From NCBI GenBank assembly GCA_021613535.1, contig CP075493.1, positions 17,918,001 to 17,982,000 of the forward strand: a stretch of 64,000 nucleotides of DNA, read 5' to 3'. This document shows, in pieces, positions 14,135-27,728 of the stretch. The stretch is from Adineta vaga (lineage: Eukaryota > Animalia > Rotifera). A program made the position numbers and the translations under genes. The notes below the pieces were generated by a model. The model saw nothing but the letters and a program-made list of their open reading frames with translations. It ran no database searches and was not told the DNA's origin. Each line of letters begins with the position of its first letter. Position 1 is the first letter of the stretch.

Positions 14135-14260
14135 AGTGATTAGATTTGGTCATTGTTTGATTAATAGTGATTACTAGTGATTAATATTGATTACTGGTGA
14201 TTACTAGTGATTAATATTGATTACTGTTGATTATCAGTGATTAGGATGATTAGTGGATTT
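14135..14260. repeat. Degenerate 10-bp tandem repeat (TGATTACTAG/TGATTAATAT)
   Basis: Seen directly. Confidence 0.7.
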
Positions 14261-14269
14261 GTAATCAGC

Positions 14270-14510
14270 TGTTTCCCCCTTGACCGCTCCTCAGGGTTCG
14301 CTTGGTCAAAAATGACTATTTTTTCGCTTACTCATCTATTTATTGACGGATAGTTCTCATCTTCGAACTCGACCAAGATATTGATGAGACTAAACTGTGC
14401 AAAAAATTTCACCATTATCTGGCTCTTCGATCGGAAGTTATCGTGTAAACGGACGAACGGACGGACACACAGATCGATTCTATAGTGTACTCACTTTTTG
14501 AGTACACAAT
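14270..14510 (+). mobile_element. Helentron/DINE-1-like non-autonomous element, 3' part
   Basis: GGAC-type microsatellite at about 14450-14470 followed by a terminal hairpin GTGTACTCA-ctttt-TGAGTACAC (14485-14507). Confidence 0.55.
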
Positions 14511-14650
14511 AATCTTGTGATCACCATTAAAAAAGGTTTTTGTCTTTGTTTATTTTCTCAAGATAAATCAATAAAATATTAAATTATGTTGTTCTGTAGT
14601 ACTCGTCGTAAGCTATCTGTTAGTATATAAAACATCTTGGAAGTAACATA

Positions 14651-15019
14651 CTCGAGCAGACAAGAATTGCCAAACACGCGTGTAAACGCCCAAAAAAGTG
14701 TGTGAAAATCAAAGAAAGTGGGCGCGTTTTGCCTGCAATCGCGGTCCCCGATTGTGAGTGAACACGGCTATTTTTCACGAATTTTGTGCGTTTACTTCCG
14801 TGTAAACGTGTCTTTGGTCAAAAGATGTGTGTAAAGACGTAAAAATAAACACTAATAGTGACCACACTTTCTGCGCACGGGATATTAACAATAATGCCAG
14901 AGAAACTTCTCATCTGTAAAAAATGCGGCTACTATTAGTGTTTATTTTTACGTCTTTACACACATCTTTTGACCAAAGACACGTTTACACGCGTGTTTGG
15001 CAATTCTTGTCTGCTCGGG
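14651..15019. mobile_element. MITE with TA TSD
   Basis: About 37-bp TIR CTCGAGCAGACAAGAATTGCCAAACACGCGTGTAAAC / reverse complement ending ...GCTCGGG. Additional internal inverted repeat at about 14800-14860 versus 14930-14990. Confidence 0.85.
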
Positions 15020-15497
15020 TATCTAAACCGATATATTTACACAGCAAGATGTGCGAGTTTTTTTGCAAACACCTGTAAATTTTTGTAAATAAATTCAAAA
15101 AAGTAACCCAATATCTTTACGAATTCTCCTAGTACATTATCTGACGAAAAAAAGTCAACTAGAAATGTCAATGATTCATGACTATGGGTACACTCAATTC
15201 AGCTCATGAACCGACTCAAACGTTCTTTAGAACTGTTAAATTCGTTCGATTCGAATGAACTGAACTGGTCGATCAGTTCTTCTGAAAGAACTGAATGTTA
15301 ACATCAATTCAGTTCAAAAGAGCTGAACTGTTTGACCAGTTCTTTTGAAAGAACTGAATGTTAACATCAGTTCAGTTCAAATGAGCTGAACTGTAGAAAA
15401 AGTTCATCTCGTTCGAAAGAACTGCTGAGTGTCTTCAAATGCTTTAATACAGCGTATCCTTTAGTCCTCTAGTCCTACTATATGGGATACTTATTGG

Positions 15498-15910
15498 CAG
15501 GGGTGGCGCGACCGGGGGGGTGTCGGGGGCGTGACACCCCCTCAATCTTTGGAAATTTTGTGTTTTTGCTCGATAAAATTGTGAAATATTACCCGTTTCG
15601 CGCAAAAACTGGTTGAGGAGGAGCACAGCTTTTTTTTTTACTCACCAGTTTTGGTTTTCTGGAAAACTTTTTGTAATCCGAAGGAAAAAATTTCCGTAAA
15701 TCGCAAAATTTCTGAAAATTTTTGGACAAATAGCATTTTTTTCCTATTTCTCTTTTTTTAGAATACCCTGCCTGCTTTAACTTCTTCGTGCCGCCACTGT
15801 TTTTTACTAGAAAAATTTCCGACACTCCATAAAAAAATCGCAAAATTCGACATTCTACTGTAAAAAATCTCTTACATCCCCCCAATGTTGGCTGACTCGC
15901 GCCACCCCTG
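15498..15910. mobile_element. hAT MITE nested in the larger hAT element
   Basis: TIR CAGGGGTGGCGCGA; TSD CTTATTGG/CTCATTGG. Confidence 0.85.
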
Positions 15911-16020
15911 CTCATTGGTCCTCGAAAGCATGTTCCCTGGATTGAAAGGAGGGTGTATACGGGAAAAAATGGCAATGCGTTTCTATGTATATCTGTCGCA
16001 GGTCGACGGTCCTAAAAGAA

Positions 16021-16160
16021 AAAAAATCGACCAATCGGATTTCGACATCATAAAAACCGACCAATCAGGTATCGACATCATAAAAATTGACCAATCAGAT
16101 TTCGACATCATAAAAACTAACCAATCAGATATCAGAAATGTAAAAACTGACCAATCTAAT
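16021..16160. repeat. 30-bp tandem repeat, about 5 copies, each with a CCAAT box (GACCAATCAG-like)
   Basis: CCAAT at 16031, 16061, 16091, 16121 and 16151. Confidence 0.85.
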
Positions 16161-19100
16161 TTTTGTATCTGAAAAGTTGTGGTGATACGAATGAGAATTG
16201 ATAATATCACTCTAACTAAACGAATCACAAAGGTCCATGTGTTCACAACCTCAGGATAAGCAGTTATGCGTTGTTTCGTTGTTAGGAATGCGTGGTTGAG
16301 AAGACGCGGTCGCGAAACGGGAAGCCGGTTTATCCGTAGCAAGGCGTCATGACCGCGGTCGGGAGTCGTGGGCCAGAGAGACGTTGATGACAGGCTGCTC
16401 AATAGTAGATATAACGCTTAATAAGGGGCAGTTTAACAAAAGATCAAGGTAACGCATCTCTGATTAAGTGTTATTTGCATGCCTTCAACTGTAAGTGAGG
16501 ACATTTACAGGAAGAAAAGTAAAAATGCATTTATATGTATGCTTAGATATATGTCGCAGGTCAGATATCATGGTGCAGAAAAATTGACGAATTAATCACT
16601 GACTGAGAACCATAAAACCAAAATAGTCTCATACGAGGGTTATAACAGCTGTACAGTTTGGCTTAGCGGCTAATAAAACAGAATAGTTATGTAAAAAAGG
16701 GGGAAGAGTCGGAGCGGCTAGTCATGAGTAGCGCCCCTACGACTAGCGACTCCGAGCAGTACGTTTTGTTACGTTGATGAAAAAAATTGAAGGTTCCGCT
16801 TCAAATTCATATACAACTCTGGTATTTCCTAGCATTCACGCTTGTTTCATATAATAAACACATGTTTTAAATGAAACGATAAAGATAATTGTTCGGTGCA
16901 GATTATCGTTCCGTGAAAATAGTGATTATCATTTAACAACATTAGATAAATAAGAGCGGTAGTATCAACTTCTAAAATTCGTTCTTGTAAGAATGTAAGT
17001 ACGAATGACGATAGTGCATTAGACGGTATTTCTATGCGAATGTTTCTATTTTTTCCGGAAGAAATGCACTTTAATATTATTTTATATTTAATCAATTATT
17101 CAGTTGAGGATCAAGCGAGTCAGCCTCGACGCGGATTACCTGTTCTTTCTGTTTTGGTTGAATAAATAGGTGGTGTGTATTTGTATCTAAAAGTGCGGGT
17201 TTTGTGCAGAAGAAATAAAAGAAAGCACAGAACTATCAGTCAGAAGTGCTCAAATACGATTACAAATTGTATTGTTGATTTGTATACAGTGTATATGTAT
17301 ATACATATCAAGTCTATCGTTTTATAATTCCATGTACTGACATTTTTCATATTATTTTCTGACCAATGAGTGAAGTGCGAATGCATAGTTAATCAGATAA
17401 TATGTATTTGCTAGATTTTCCTGTAAGACAAGGAGGATGACGCATATAAGAAAAAGTAACGGATCTAAGTAGGATTGTTTGCGGTATCGATATTCATAGA
17501 GTCAGCTTTGAAAATAAATATATAGAAATACGAATGGAAATAAAACCATAGATAGATTTTTTACTTATAATTTTAAGGTATCATTCCATACGCAAAATAC
17601 AGCTATTGAGAAGTCTCGAAGCATAAAAGTGAAGAAACTTTACTCGACAGTTCAGTTCAGTTCCTACGCAATCGTACATGTTGTTACTGGCAGCTTAGTA
17701 GTATTCCATCACAGACTATGATAGGTAGCTTTTTTTCTTATCGTTGCGACTGGAACATAGAACAAAATATTGCTACGTGTTTTCAACTCCAACTATTATT
17801 CACATATAACATAGCACTTTCTGTCGTGGTTTTTGGAATTTGTTTTTCGACTTAATTATTTAAAGTTACTGTATGCACGTCCTTCCACTGTCATCAGATT
17901 ATTTATCAACGCCTTCCTTTTTATCTTCTAAAAGTATTCAATCATGAATAGTCAGTTCACTTGTAAACAGAGAGCCATACAAAATTTGCCAGAATTGACA
18001 AAGATATCATCTACATACAATTAATAATCTTACAAACATATTACAATAAACCCTCGATTACGTGCCATAGATAAGATAATCTGAAATTCACTTACGAAAA
18101 CATTGACAAAAAATATATACATCCTCAGCTGATTCATATTAAACAACAGATTCAACGCTAATTACACCTTGGCAAATGATTAACATCTGTTATTTAACTT
18201 CGTCGACCTACCAAAATTTCTCACAGAAGCTAACGACGTCAAATCCAAGGCATCATTTCGATAATCAGAATTACTTAGTAACAGATTTCAAGATTGCCTG
18301 TTGTAACACAAATTCCATCTACATGAAAAAGCTTCAATCAATTTAGATAGTACTACAGACCATTCATTAAAATATATTGATACTATTAGATTTCGAGAAT
18401 CTAAGAGTGTTCCGTTATTATGGGACTTGAGAACCTAGAGTATCTTCATACAGTAGGACTAGAGGACCCAATGATGCCTCATATAATAACACTTGAAGAC
18501 ACTCAGTAGTTCTTCCAGAAGAACTGATCGAACAGTTCAGTTCAGTTGAACTGAATTGATGTTAACATTCAGTTCTTTCAGAAGAACTGAACTGATGTTA
18601 ACATTCAGTTCTTTCAGAAGAACTGAACTGATGTTAACATTCAGTTCTTTCAGAAGAACTGATCGAACAGTTCAGTTCTTTTGAACTAAACTGTTTGAGA
18701 AGTGAGCGGTTCTGAACTTGAGCTGAACTTTGTAGACCCCTATTCATGACTGAAAATGGGTGCTGACATCTATTTTTGACTAGCAACAATTGAAAAATAA
18801 ATATGACAGAAATATTATAAAACAATTCTTTATTGAAACTATTTTTTTTGATAAAAGCTGGTTTCATGATGATGGTGGCGCTATAATAAACGCCTTTTTT
18901 ACATAATATTTCGTGGAAAAAGATGGAATTTATGATAACTCTTTGGTTATATTTGCAAGATGAAAAATAAAATTACGAATATTTTAATTCAGGTGTTTTC
19001 TTTATTTTTTAAAAATTTCAGCTTTTGATTTTGAGTTCTATCAAAGTGCATAAGTGTATTTCTTGACTGCCCACCAACTGCATTTTCATCTGTATGTGAT

Positions 19101-19377
19101 AACTGACTATTCGTGAACTTTTAAGAATTTAGAAATATTTTTAAAATTCCTAAAAAAAATATTCATAAAGTGATGAGCAAAAAAATTTGAACTTTCAAAA
19201 AATTGAGGTGTTGTAGTTTCATCGAGTTATATCTCAGCCTAATTAATAGAACATAAGGAAACGAATCCTTGATTAAATGAAATCTAATAATTGGTATTTT
19301 CTAAATAGATGTCTCGTTATTCCAAGCGATAACTCATTTTTAAGTAGGTATGTAATCTAACAATGAATTAAGTGCTA

Positions 19378-20679
19378 ACAGGTGGGACAAAAGCCTTGCA
19401 TTATGTATGTATTTTGTATAACTCTGCGATGGAGTATGATAGCGATATGAACTTTTTTTCTTGTTAGAAAGAACAGTCTCTGATACAAAAGTGTATAAAA
19501 GAAAATACTTGAAAAAGCTTTTTGAAGATCACAAAACTTTTATAACATGATGAGGTGAAAAAATCGGTGTGAAGCTAGCAAGACGAGCTAGCACGATGAA
19601 ACAGATATTTAGCTAAAAAATTTTTTTAGAAATAAGTCCATAAAAACTAGTCCATTCGATTTAGAATTTAATTTTGCATCGAATGGTGATACTTTTATTC
19701 ATGGGACAAACTTTGGGAAAATGCTAATTGGATTTTCTTTGCCTATATAGGAGAAGAACAAAGGTGTAGGTAAAAATTTTCCGAAGTTTGTCCCATGAAT
19801 AAAAGTATCACCATTCGATGCAGAATTAAATTCTGAATCGAATGGACTAGTTCGTATGGACGGGACATATTTCTAAAAAAACTTTTCAGCTAAAACTCTG
19901 TTTCGTCGTGCTAGCTCGTTGTGCTAGCTTCACACCAATGGTGAAAAATGCTTCAGCAACGTTTTCTGACTCAGAAAATCTCGGTAAATTTCGACAGGTT
20001 ACCTTACTACTCATGTAACCAGAATTTTAATATACTAGGAAATGCGTGTTATTGCTGTACAAGAAAAGAAATCTTCTTCACAATTTATCAAGAATAAGAT
20101 TACAGATTCAAAAGAATTTATGGAATATCGACTTTGTATGTCTGTTAATAGTGCTTGGAAAATTTAGCTTTAATCTAAGAAACAGACTATCAAAAGATTT
20201 GTGTTCTGTACGGAAAAGAAACATCACTGAGTCCACTACCAAATGTCATTGTTTGTTAAAGAAGGTAGCGCTGTTGTAGGATAAACAAACAATAGTTTGT
20301 TTTTATAATGAAAAATTTTAGGGGAACAACTAATATTTCCAGTAAATTTGCTTTCTGTTCATAGTCTTATCCGATATACCAATTAATTCAGTGTTATATG
20401 AAAGCCTTCACTACAACGAACAACTGCGAAAGCCCGTGATAAAATAGCTAAAATAACATTTTTTGGATACAAAGTGCCAAATGTTGTAGAATCATTTTTC
20501 ACCTCATCATTTTATAAAAGTTTTGTGATCTTCAAATAGCTTTTCCACGCATTGTCTTTTATACATTTTTTTACCAGAGACTTTGTTCTTTTTAACAAAA
20601 AAAAAGTTCAACTCGCTATCATGCTTCGTCGCAGAGTTATACAAAATACATAATTAATGCAGAGCTTTTGCCCAATCGT
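19378..20679. mobile_element. Old non-autonomous TIR element (Tc1-like ends) with about 200-bp imperfect inverted arms
   Basis: 19380-19560 is the imperfect reverse complement of 20495-20680; TA on both flanks. Confidence 0.65.
19563..19939. mobile_element. Palindromic MITE with a 9-bp TSD (MULE-type)
   Basis: TIR AT(C/T)GGTGTGAAGCTAGCA, arms of about 155 bp, TSD GGTGAAAAA (19554-19562 and 19940-19948). Confidence 0.85.
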
Positions 20680-21096
20680 TAATTTCATGTTGGGAAATTG
20701 TTGCCCACTAAACTTCTAATCGCTTGAGATCTATATCCTAGTCTATTTTCTTTTCGCATGCACATGAAGATCTTGGGTTTCTGAATGAAGAATGTGCCAT
20801 GCTAATGACACATCTTGAGACCTGTCTGTTTTAAGAGTGACCAAAAAAGGCTCGCCTACAGTATATTAAATGTTATATTATTCACTTTTTATCTTTGTTG
20901 TTAATTTATATTTAAAATTGAATTTCCTGTTCTTGTCTTTTGTTATTTTTTTAGTTTACGCCTAGGTAAAATCTCGTTTTTCAAAGTTTTTTTCAAATCT
21001 AGCCAACTTTGTCCATTTGTCTGGAAATCCTGGGCATATCACTGTGGGATTTATCATTCTCATCTATATATTTTTATAATAGTAGAATTTCTGCTA

Positions 21097-22691
21097 ACGG
21101 ATGCGCCAGGTAAAATGAGCCCCTCAGTATTGCAGCGATATCTTTTTCAATTTTCATCGGATTGGGCCCATTTTTTTTAAAATTTGGCATCTCGAGCTCT
21201 ACAAACCCCCCTAATTAAATATCTTAATTTGTGATCATCGGTCGTTTTCACATAATAAAAAGGAAAGATTTTCAAAATGTTGTACTTTCAAAGTACCAAA
21301 ATGATGATACTCCAAGAGAGATTCATCGTGATTTAAATGGTGGTATTGGATTATCGCAGAGCTGGGCAACTCAATTCAAAAAGGTGTTCAATTCAATTCA
21401 ATTCATTGAACAAAAAAGTCAACTCAATTCAACTCAACTATATGATGTTTCAAAAAATTTCCAACTCAACTCAATTCAATTCAACGGTTTCAAGAAAATG
21501 TTCCCAATTCAATTCGTTCAATTCAAGTATATTGAAAAAATTTTCCCAACTCAATTCAACTCAATTCGTCAACTCCGAAAAAATCCTTCAACTCAATTCA
21601 TTTCAACTCAAGCATTGAATTGAGTTGCCCAGCTCAGGATTATCGACAATCAAGGGGTGGTGCCAGATGGTTCGTCGATGTGGTTCTATCTAACAACGAG
21701 GTGTACGAGGTAATCCACGTATTATTAGGACTGAAGAGAATATTCGAAAGGTCAAAAACCGTTTACGCCAAACTAAAAAAGGAATATAATCGCGGATATT
21801 ATCTAGGGATCTTGGTATTTCTAAAACAAGTATTAGGTGAATATTAAAAGTCCATTTAGGACTGAAGCTCTATAAAAAATTAATCGAACCATTAATTTCC
21901 AATGATCAGAGGATCAAACGGGAACAGTTTACGAACTGGGTTCGAACAAACTTTCGAAAGAAGATACTTTAAAAAAATTTTTTTCTGACGAGAAATTCCT
22001 TCATATCGACGGCTTGTATAACACTCAAAATGATCGAGTGTGGGTAGTAAGTCGTGCTGATGCCGGTTCCAAAGATGACATTAAGCAAAAACGAAAGTTT
22101 GCACAAAAAGTAATGATGTGGCTGGAGGCTGTTCCAAAGGTATCATACCTTTGGTGATCTTTGATAAAGGAACTGTTGATCATGAGTCTTACATCAACAA
22201 AGTTCTTCCTGTAGCCTTGAAGTATACGAATAAAGGTTTTGGTAATAACTGGATCTTTCAACAAGATGTCCCAAAATGACACCAATACCATTTAACTCAA
22301 CAATGGTGTCAAAATAACTTTTCATCATATATTGAAAAAAATCGTTGGCCTCCAAATAGTCCAGATTTAAACTCTTTGGCCTATTCAATTTGGGACGAAC
22401 TGATCAATGTTATGGACCAGAATAAAGTCCAATCAAAAAGAATACTAATTCATCAACTAAAGTCCTCTGTAGAAAAAATTCGTGAATCAGTTGTCTTTAA
22501 AAGTTGCAATGTTTGGAGTAATCGAGTGTACCGCGTTTCTCAAACTCATGGAAATTATTTACGTTACATAAAACAACATATTTTTGTGTAGCTCGAAAGA
22601 GCGAATTTTAAAAAAAATTAGTACTATGCGATGAAAACTAAATGAGCTATATCTAAAAGACTGAGAGGCTCATTTTACCTGACGCACCCAT
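21097..22691 (+). mobile_element. Tc1/mariner DD37D (maT-type) transposon, degenerate
   Basis: TIR ACGGATGCGCCAGGTAAAATGAGCC with TA TSD. Relics FFSDEK..NTQNDRVW and WIFQQD-(37 aa)-[D>A]YSIW with WPPNSPDLN. Stops and frameshifts present. Confidence 0.9.
21357..21637. mobile_element. hAT MITE (CAACTCAATT-rich) inserted in the mariner ORF
   Basis: TIR CAGAGCTGGGCAACTCAATTC; perfect TSD GATTATCG. Confidence 0.9.
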
Positions 22692-22693
22692 TA

Positions 22694-23181
22694 CAGTAAA
22701 ACCTCTCTATAGTGGACATCATCGGGACCTTCCAAAAGTGTCCAGTGTAGAGAGGTGTCCACTATATAGAAGTGAGATATTTTGTAGAACAGCTCTTCCA
22801 TAAGCAGTGTAAATATGTTTTGTGTATATCTAAAGGTTCCTAGTAAACGATACAACGCGCTACTGCTTATGATTACTGTTTTTACATTCATTTTTCACTC
22901 TTCATAACTGAATAAATGTCAAAATCTAATCAAATTTTTCTTATGAGCATCAACAGACTTTTCAAAAATCTTCATCGTATAACGCTGTATGCAAATGTCC
23001 ACTATGGAGAGGTACATTTCCTGCAAAAACTAACATTTGGGACTTTTCAAAAGCGTCCACTATACGGGTGTCCACTTTGTAGAGGTTCGATCCCAGCAAA
23101 AAATGCTCCGTTGGACCTCAAAGTGTCCACTATACGGAGGTGTCCGCTATATAGGAGTGTCCACTATGAGGTGTTTTACTG
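22694..23181. mobile_element. pogo/Tigger-like MITE
   Basis: TIR CAGTAAAAC.../...GTTTTACTG with TA TSD (sharing the TA of the mariner right flank) and repeated GTGTCCACTAT motifs. Confidence 0.85.
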
Positions 23182-23368
23182 TATATAAATCGCCGAAACC
23201 CTTCAAAAGTGCCCCTATTTAAAGTTGAAGCCATTTCTAGCCAATCCTTTTATGAATCAAGTACATGTGCTCTCTGGGCATCTAAAGGCTCATAGTAAAT
23301 AGGATAGTATATAAATGTTTAATCTGGAAAAACTAACAGTTGTGAAATATTCAGTCAGATGCTTCTTG

Positions 23369-24902
23369 AGGTCCCTTAGAAAACTCGATTTTTGAAAAAA
23401 GAATGAAAAGAAACGTCAGATTCTTCTCTTTCAAAATATATATATATTTTTGAAAAACAGCGAATTTTTCGCAGACTTGTCAAGTAATAATTCTCCGCTA
23501 CTACCATATTTATTGAAGTTTTCATGGTTTTTTTCAAAGTTTTGGTTTTCTGGAAAAAAATTATGTAGGATCTTAAAAATTAGTATGCTATGATAGAAAG
23601 GAGCCATTGCACGAGAACCACGACCAATTCTCATAGAGAGCTGCTAAATTAGGTTCTCAGTTTTCCGTGGGACACATATCATCTTATGGAGCACAAGATT
23701 TAAGCGATAAACCAAATTTTTAGCTTTATCCTATATTCTTTTACGGAAATACTTCCATTCTGAACGCGAATTTTTCACAAATGAGGTGCTCAAAAGTCAG
23801 ACAGTAAATTTTGTTACTCTATCCAAACTCATCGTCCATTTATCGCGAACTCTATTCGCTGACCGATTAAAGAATACGCTTCACTCCGAATCTTGTATTT
23901 ATCTCTCAATGCTCATTGACTTTCCCAATCACACTTAGAACAACTGATATGAGCCATTACACAAAACTAATATTCGATACCGTTCTATTGCATATCTCAA
24001 AGTTCTTTTGTTACTTTTAGATAGCATTCGATGAAAGATCGTTGCATAAAAAGTATCAACAAATTCGCTTGAGCTAATCTGGAGAAAACCTGTTTTCAAA
24101 ATTTGTTGGGAAAAAATAATGGAAATTTATATTTGAATAGGCTTTTTTCAAGTCAGCTAGACAGAATTCGCTCAAACATTTTCTTTTGAAAGATTATTTA
24201 CTAAGGGTTATGAGAAAGAGATAACAAAAGTTTTGGATTTCTTATTGAGCTGAGTTGGTTGCGACTCTCGTGCAGTGACTCATAGTGACATATAGGTTTG
24301 TTTCTAATGAGTCTTCAAAAGACTCTAATACAACATACCGAAAAATTTCATCTTATTGTGGTTTTACTAAAGTTTATATACAGGCTCACTTTTGAAACTT
24401 ATTTTGCTGTTTTCTCAAAACATGAGTCTCAATTAGAAAAATTGGAATAACTTAATCAATTTTCAAGCTATGCCCAATAGTTTTTTGTTTGAAAGGTGTC
24501 AGCAAGACGGAACTTTTCGTCAGACGCTTTTTTAAAATCAAATTCGGGACTAACAAAAGTGGGATTTATTGTCGTTAGATCACCATTTTTTAAATATATC
24601 TAGTAAAATATCCATAGAGGAACCAATAATCAGTCATTCTAAAAATTTTTTTGATGAAAAGCTGTGCTTTCACATGGGCTTTAATTTGAGACGAGCCCGA
24701 GCTCTGTACTTCGTGCAGTGACCGAGTCATGTCAGTTTTTTTGAAGGCCAAAATGGCCTGTAAATTATCAGTAAATCCAACATAGTACGATCAATCAAGC
24801 TGAAATTTTTACCAAAAGCCTATCTCACCAGGACCGCTCACCCCTAAGAATCTCAGCTCAAAACGACCATTCTAAGTAGGAAATCGTTTCTAATGGACCC
24901 CT
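23369..24902. mobile_element. Old non-autonomous TIR element; its right part is related to 53990-54400
   Basis: Imperfect termini AGGTCCCTTAGAAAAC / GTTTCTAATGGACCCCT. Shares AAAAGTGGGATTTATTGTCG and CTCACCAGGA...TCAGCT blocks with the NRPS intron copy. Confidence 0.45.
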
Positions 24903-27096
24903 TAAGGACATTATCGGGGTTTTCAAAAATTCTCATCATATAGAAGTATATCAAAATGTTTACTGTGGAGAGCTTCATTTCCACCAAAAATAATAATATT
25001 TTGAACTTTTAAACCTGTCGAGGATCAAGATTATCTAATAAACTTAACTTGCCCTCCCTCTCCATATTACAACTTCGGAGAATCTTCTATTGAGTCCCAA
25101 AAACCCCATAAATTGTAATACAAAGTCTATTTAAAGCATAGATAGCGATTTTCAAGCTTTTGATGAATTTTTCAGAGAATTTTTGGTAGTAGTTACAGAT
25201 TTTAGTACAGTTGGGCAGGAATCAACCGAATATATACCTTCCAATAGAAAAGTTTCATATACTTTTGAAAAATAAATAGGCCAGCTTTTTATTACAGAAG
25301 CGGATGGACGCTTTACGAATGATGTACTCACTAAGAAAGTCACTACTCTCTAATGTGTTGTAAAACTACTTTGATAGAAAACAAACGAGATTTCCAGTGA
25401 GAATGTTTCATCCAAGGGGAGAAAATCTCATTCGCGGTCATTCGAATGTAGCGAATGAGTGGGAATGGTTGAGAATGGACGGAAATGACTCAAAATGCGA
25501 GAAAGTGGTTCAGAACAAAATGAAATGGCACCGAATGTCCCATGAGATTTTTCCTCCTTGAGTTTATTCCATATATACAAGCTGTAAATATTAAAACATA
25601 GGAATCGTTTAAAGACTTCTGGGACATCTATCGTCTGTATAGATATAAAAGAAAATGTTTGTCTGCTCGCTATGTATTCAATTGCTGTAATACCTACCGT
25701 CATTGAACTTTCCACAATATTTCTCTAGGTTTAGGGGAAGATTGAGAGGAGACTGGTATGATCGTTGGAAGTTTAACTAAGAAGTGTGGGTGAAATTTCA
25801 CCTAGGTAGTTTTGTGATAGCTAAGATCACCAAACTGTCCATAGTACTTTCGTATGTACAGGGAAAAGTCGAAAGAGGTTGCGAGATTGAATTTGACATT
25901 TGACCCTATTTCGATTTACTCATTTTATCGATCTTTAAAGTATCTATTTATTACTATATTTTCGCACTGGTCTGATTGTGTTACACGGAAGTATGGGCAG
26001 TCCAGAAGTAAAATACTCACCCCTAAACAATATCCAATTTAGGTATTGTGCTATATTATGAACATGTGTGTATTCGCGATAGATAAAACTTCAACCCGAA
26101 ATTTAAGGCTTTTTGGTCTGAACTTACCTGAAGTGATGATAGAGATGGAGCAAGATCTGTAAGAAAAAGAGTGGATTTGACAACGAGAACTATGAAAAAA
26201 GGATGCATTTTGTAGCGGAAACTGTCAAATAAACAAAGGATTTTGCAGCGGGGACTGTCGAATACACAAGGGATTTTGAAGGGGGATCTGCAAGAAAATG
26301 ATTAATTGGGAATAGAACATACCATAAGGTGTTCTATCTTAGTCTTAAAGAGCATGATAATTTATGATAATCATTGGAATTTTTTAAGCATAGCGTTCTC
26401 TGTATTCTCTGCCGTTTTCTAACACATGACGTTTCCCGTTTGGAGAGCTTTAAACCAGAGACTAATACGCTCTGCTTTAGAACTATACTTTGAAGGTCAA
26501 CAGCGGGTGCGCTCACTGTAGAAATATATTTTCGCGATCAGCACCGGATGCGCCCGCTGCTTCTTCGGCGACATATCCCATGAAAGTTGGACTTTCATAA
26601 GTCCATTCGCCTTTCATCGAGAATTCTAAATTACTCTTTCAATTTTTCAACGAAACCATGAATAAATCAAATAATCATATAACTATTAACCATCTTCATC
26701 TTTAGAATTGTAGGATCAAATGTTCTTTGATTTCGTTTGAGTATAACTATGTTTCTTCCGTTTTAATTTTGACATCCCCTTAATAACCAATCGTACTTGA
26801 AGCATATTTAACAAATTTTCCATTAAAAAGCGCTACGAATTGAATCACAGAAAAAGCTTTTTAACGTTCGCTCAAAGCATATGAGCACATTCACAAACAA
26901 ACTAGTACAAACCTGCTCAACAAATACAACATTCGCTGCTCAATAAAATTGCTCTTTCAATCATGTTGTATATTCATATAATCCATTAATGCTGATCGCA
27001 CTTGAACAATGTAAAATAATTTGGCGGATTGATATTAAAAAACCGTGACAATTCCCTTTAATTTGAATCATCTAATACTCAGAAGCACGACCTAAA

Positions 27097-27364
27097 TAAT
27101 TGTCAGTGGCAAGCCTTAACCGAGTGTCTCCAATGTCGGACACTACCCTACACTCTCTAATTATTAATGGCAAGCACTAACCGAGTGTCTCCAATGTCGG
27201 ACACTACACTACACTCACTAATTGTTAGTCACAAGCCTTAACCGAGTACCTCCAATGTCGGGTACTACACTACACTCACTAGATGTTAGTTGGTAGCCTT
27301 AACCGAGTGTCTCCAATGTCGGACACTACTCTACAGTCGCTAATTATTAGTTGGGAGCCTTAAC
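27097..27364. repeat. 61-bp tandem array, 4.4 copies, each with a hairpin AGTGTC-N10-GACACT
   Basis: Units start at 27097, 27158, 27219, 27280 and 27341. Copy 3 has AGTACC-N10-GGTACT. Confidence 0.9.
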
Positions 27365-27728
27365 AGAGAGTTACTTAGATAGAAATTTGTCACGGCTAAC
27401 CTGATTGTATTTGAATTTTTAATTGTAATCGTTATAAGCACTAAGATGATCATTGCATGAATATGAAGTTTTCCGAGTAGATTCAATATTGCCGAAATTC
27501 GGCGCATGTTTAATTTTCTGGATTTGATAGAATGAACTTTTGAAACGATGTTGAGGATAGCAATCGTTAACATACATGTATCTGATGAGATTTTCAATTG
27601 GGCAGTCAATTGTTTTCGTTTCATAACATAGCGTGTGGTTGTTGTGTTGAAAACGATGATATTTTTGACTATCCTGAAGTGATCATTTTTATCTTAATAG
27701 TAAAATGAAAATTATATATAAGAATATT

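Larger units (their letters stand above)
15183..18742. mobile_element. 3.56-kb non-autonomous hAT-type element with GAACTGAAC subterminal repeats
   Basis: Perfect 8-bp TSD TTCATGAC (15175-15182 and 18743-18750), imperfect TIR TA(T/G)GGG...TTCAGCTCA, and about 300-bp imperfect inverted subterminal blocks. Confidence 0.85.

Noticed and set aside
16552-17342. Solo LTR (TGTC...GACA)
   Set aside because: No TSD, PBS or PPT found.
21231-21847. ORFs of 130, 93 and 75 aa as genes
   Set aside because: They are read-through of the mariner N-terminus into MITE microsatellite-like repeats.
27126-27144. Iron-responsive element-like loop CAATGT
   Set aside because: The loop is not CAGUGN and the 5-bp upper stem with a C bulge does not form.
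27097-27364. CRISPR-like appearance (conserved 29-bp hairpin with about 32-bp linkers)
   Set aside because: The linkers are homologous to each other, there are no cas genes and the context is eukaryotic; it is a tandem repeat.
26580-27690. Minus-strand spliced gene around the 61-bp array
   Set aside because: Coding-like but with many stops and no recognisable family, so not listed as a feature.
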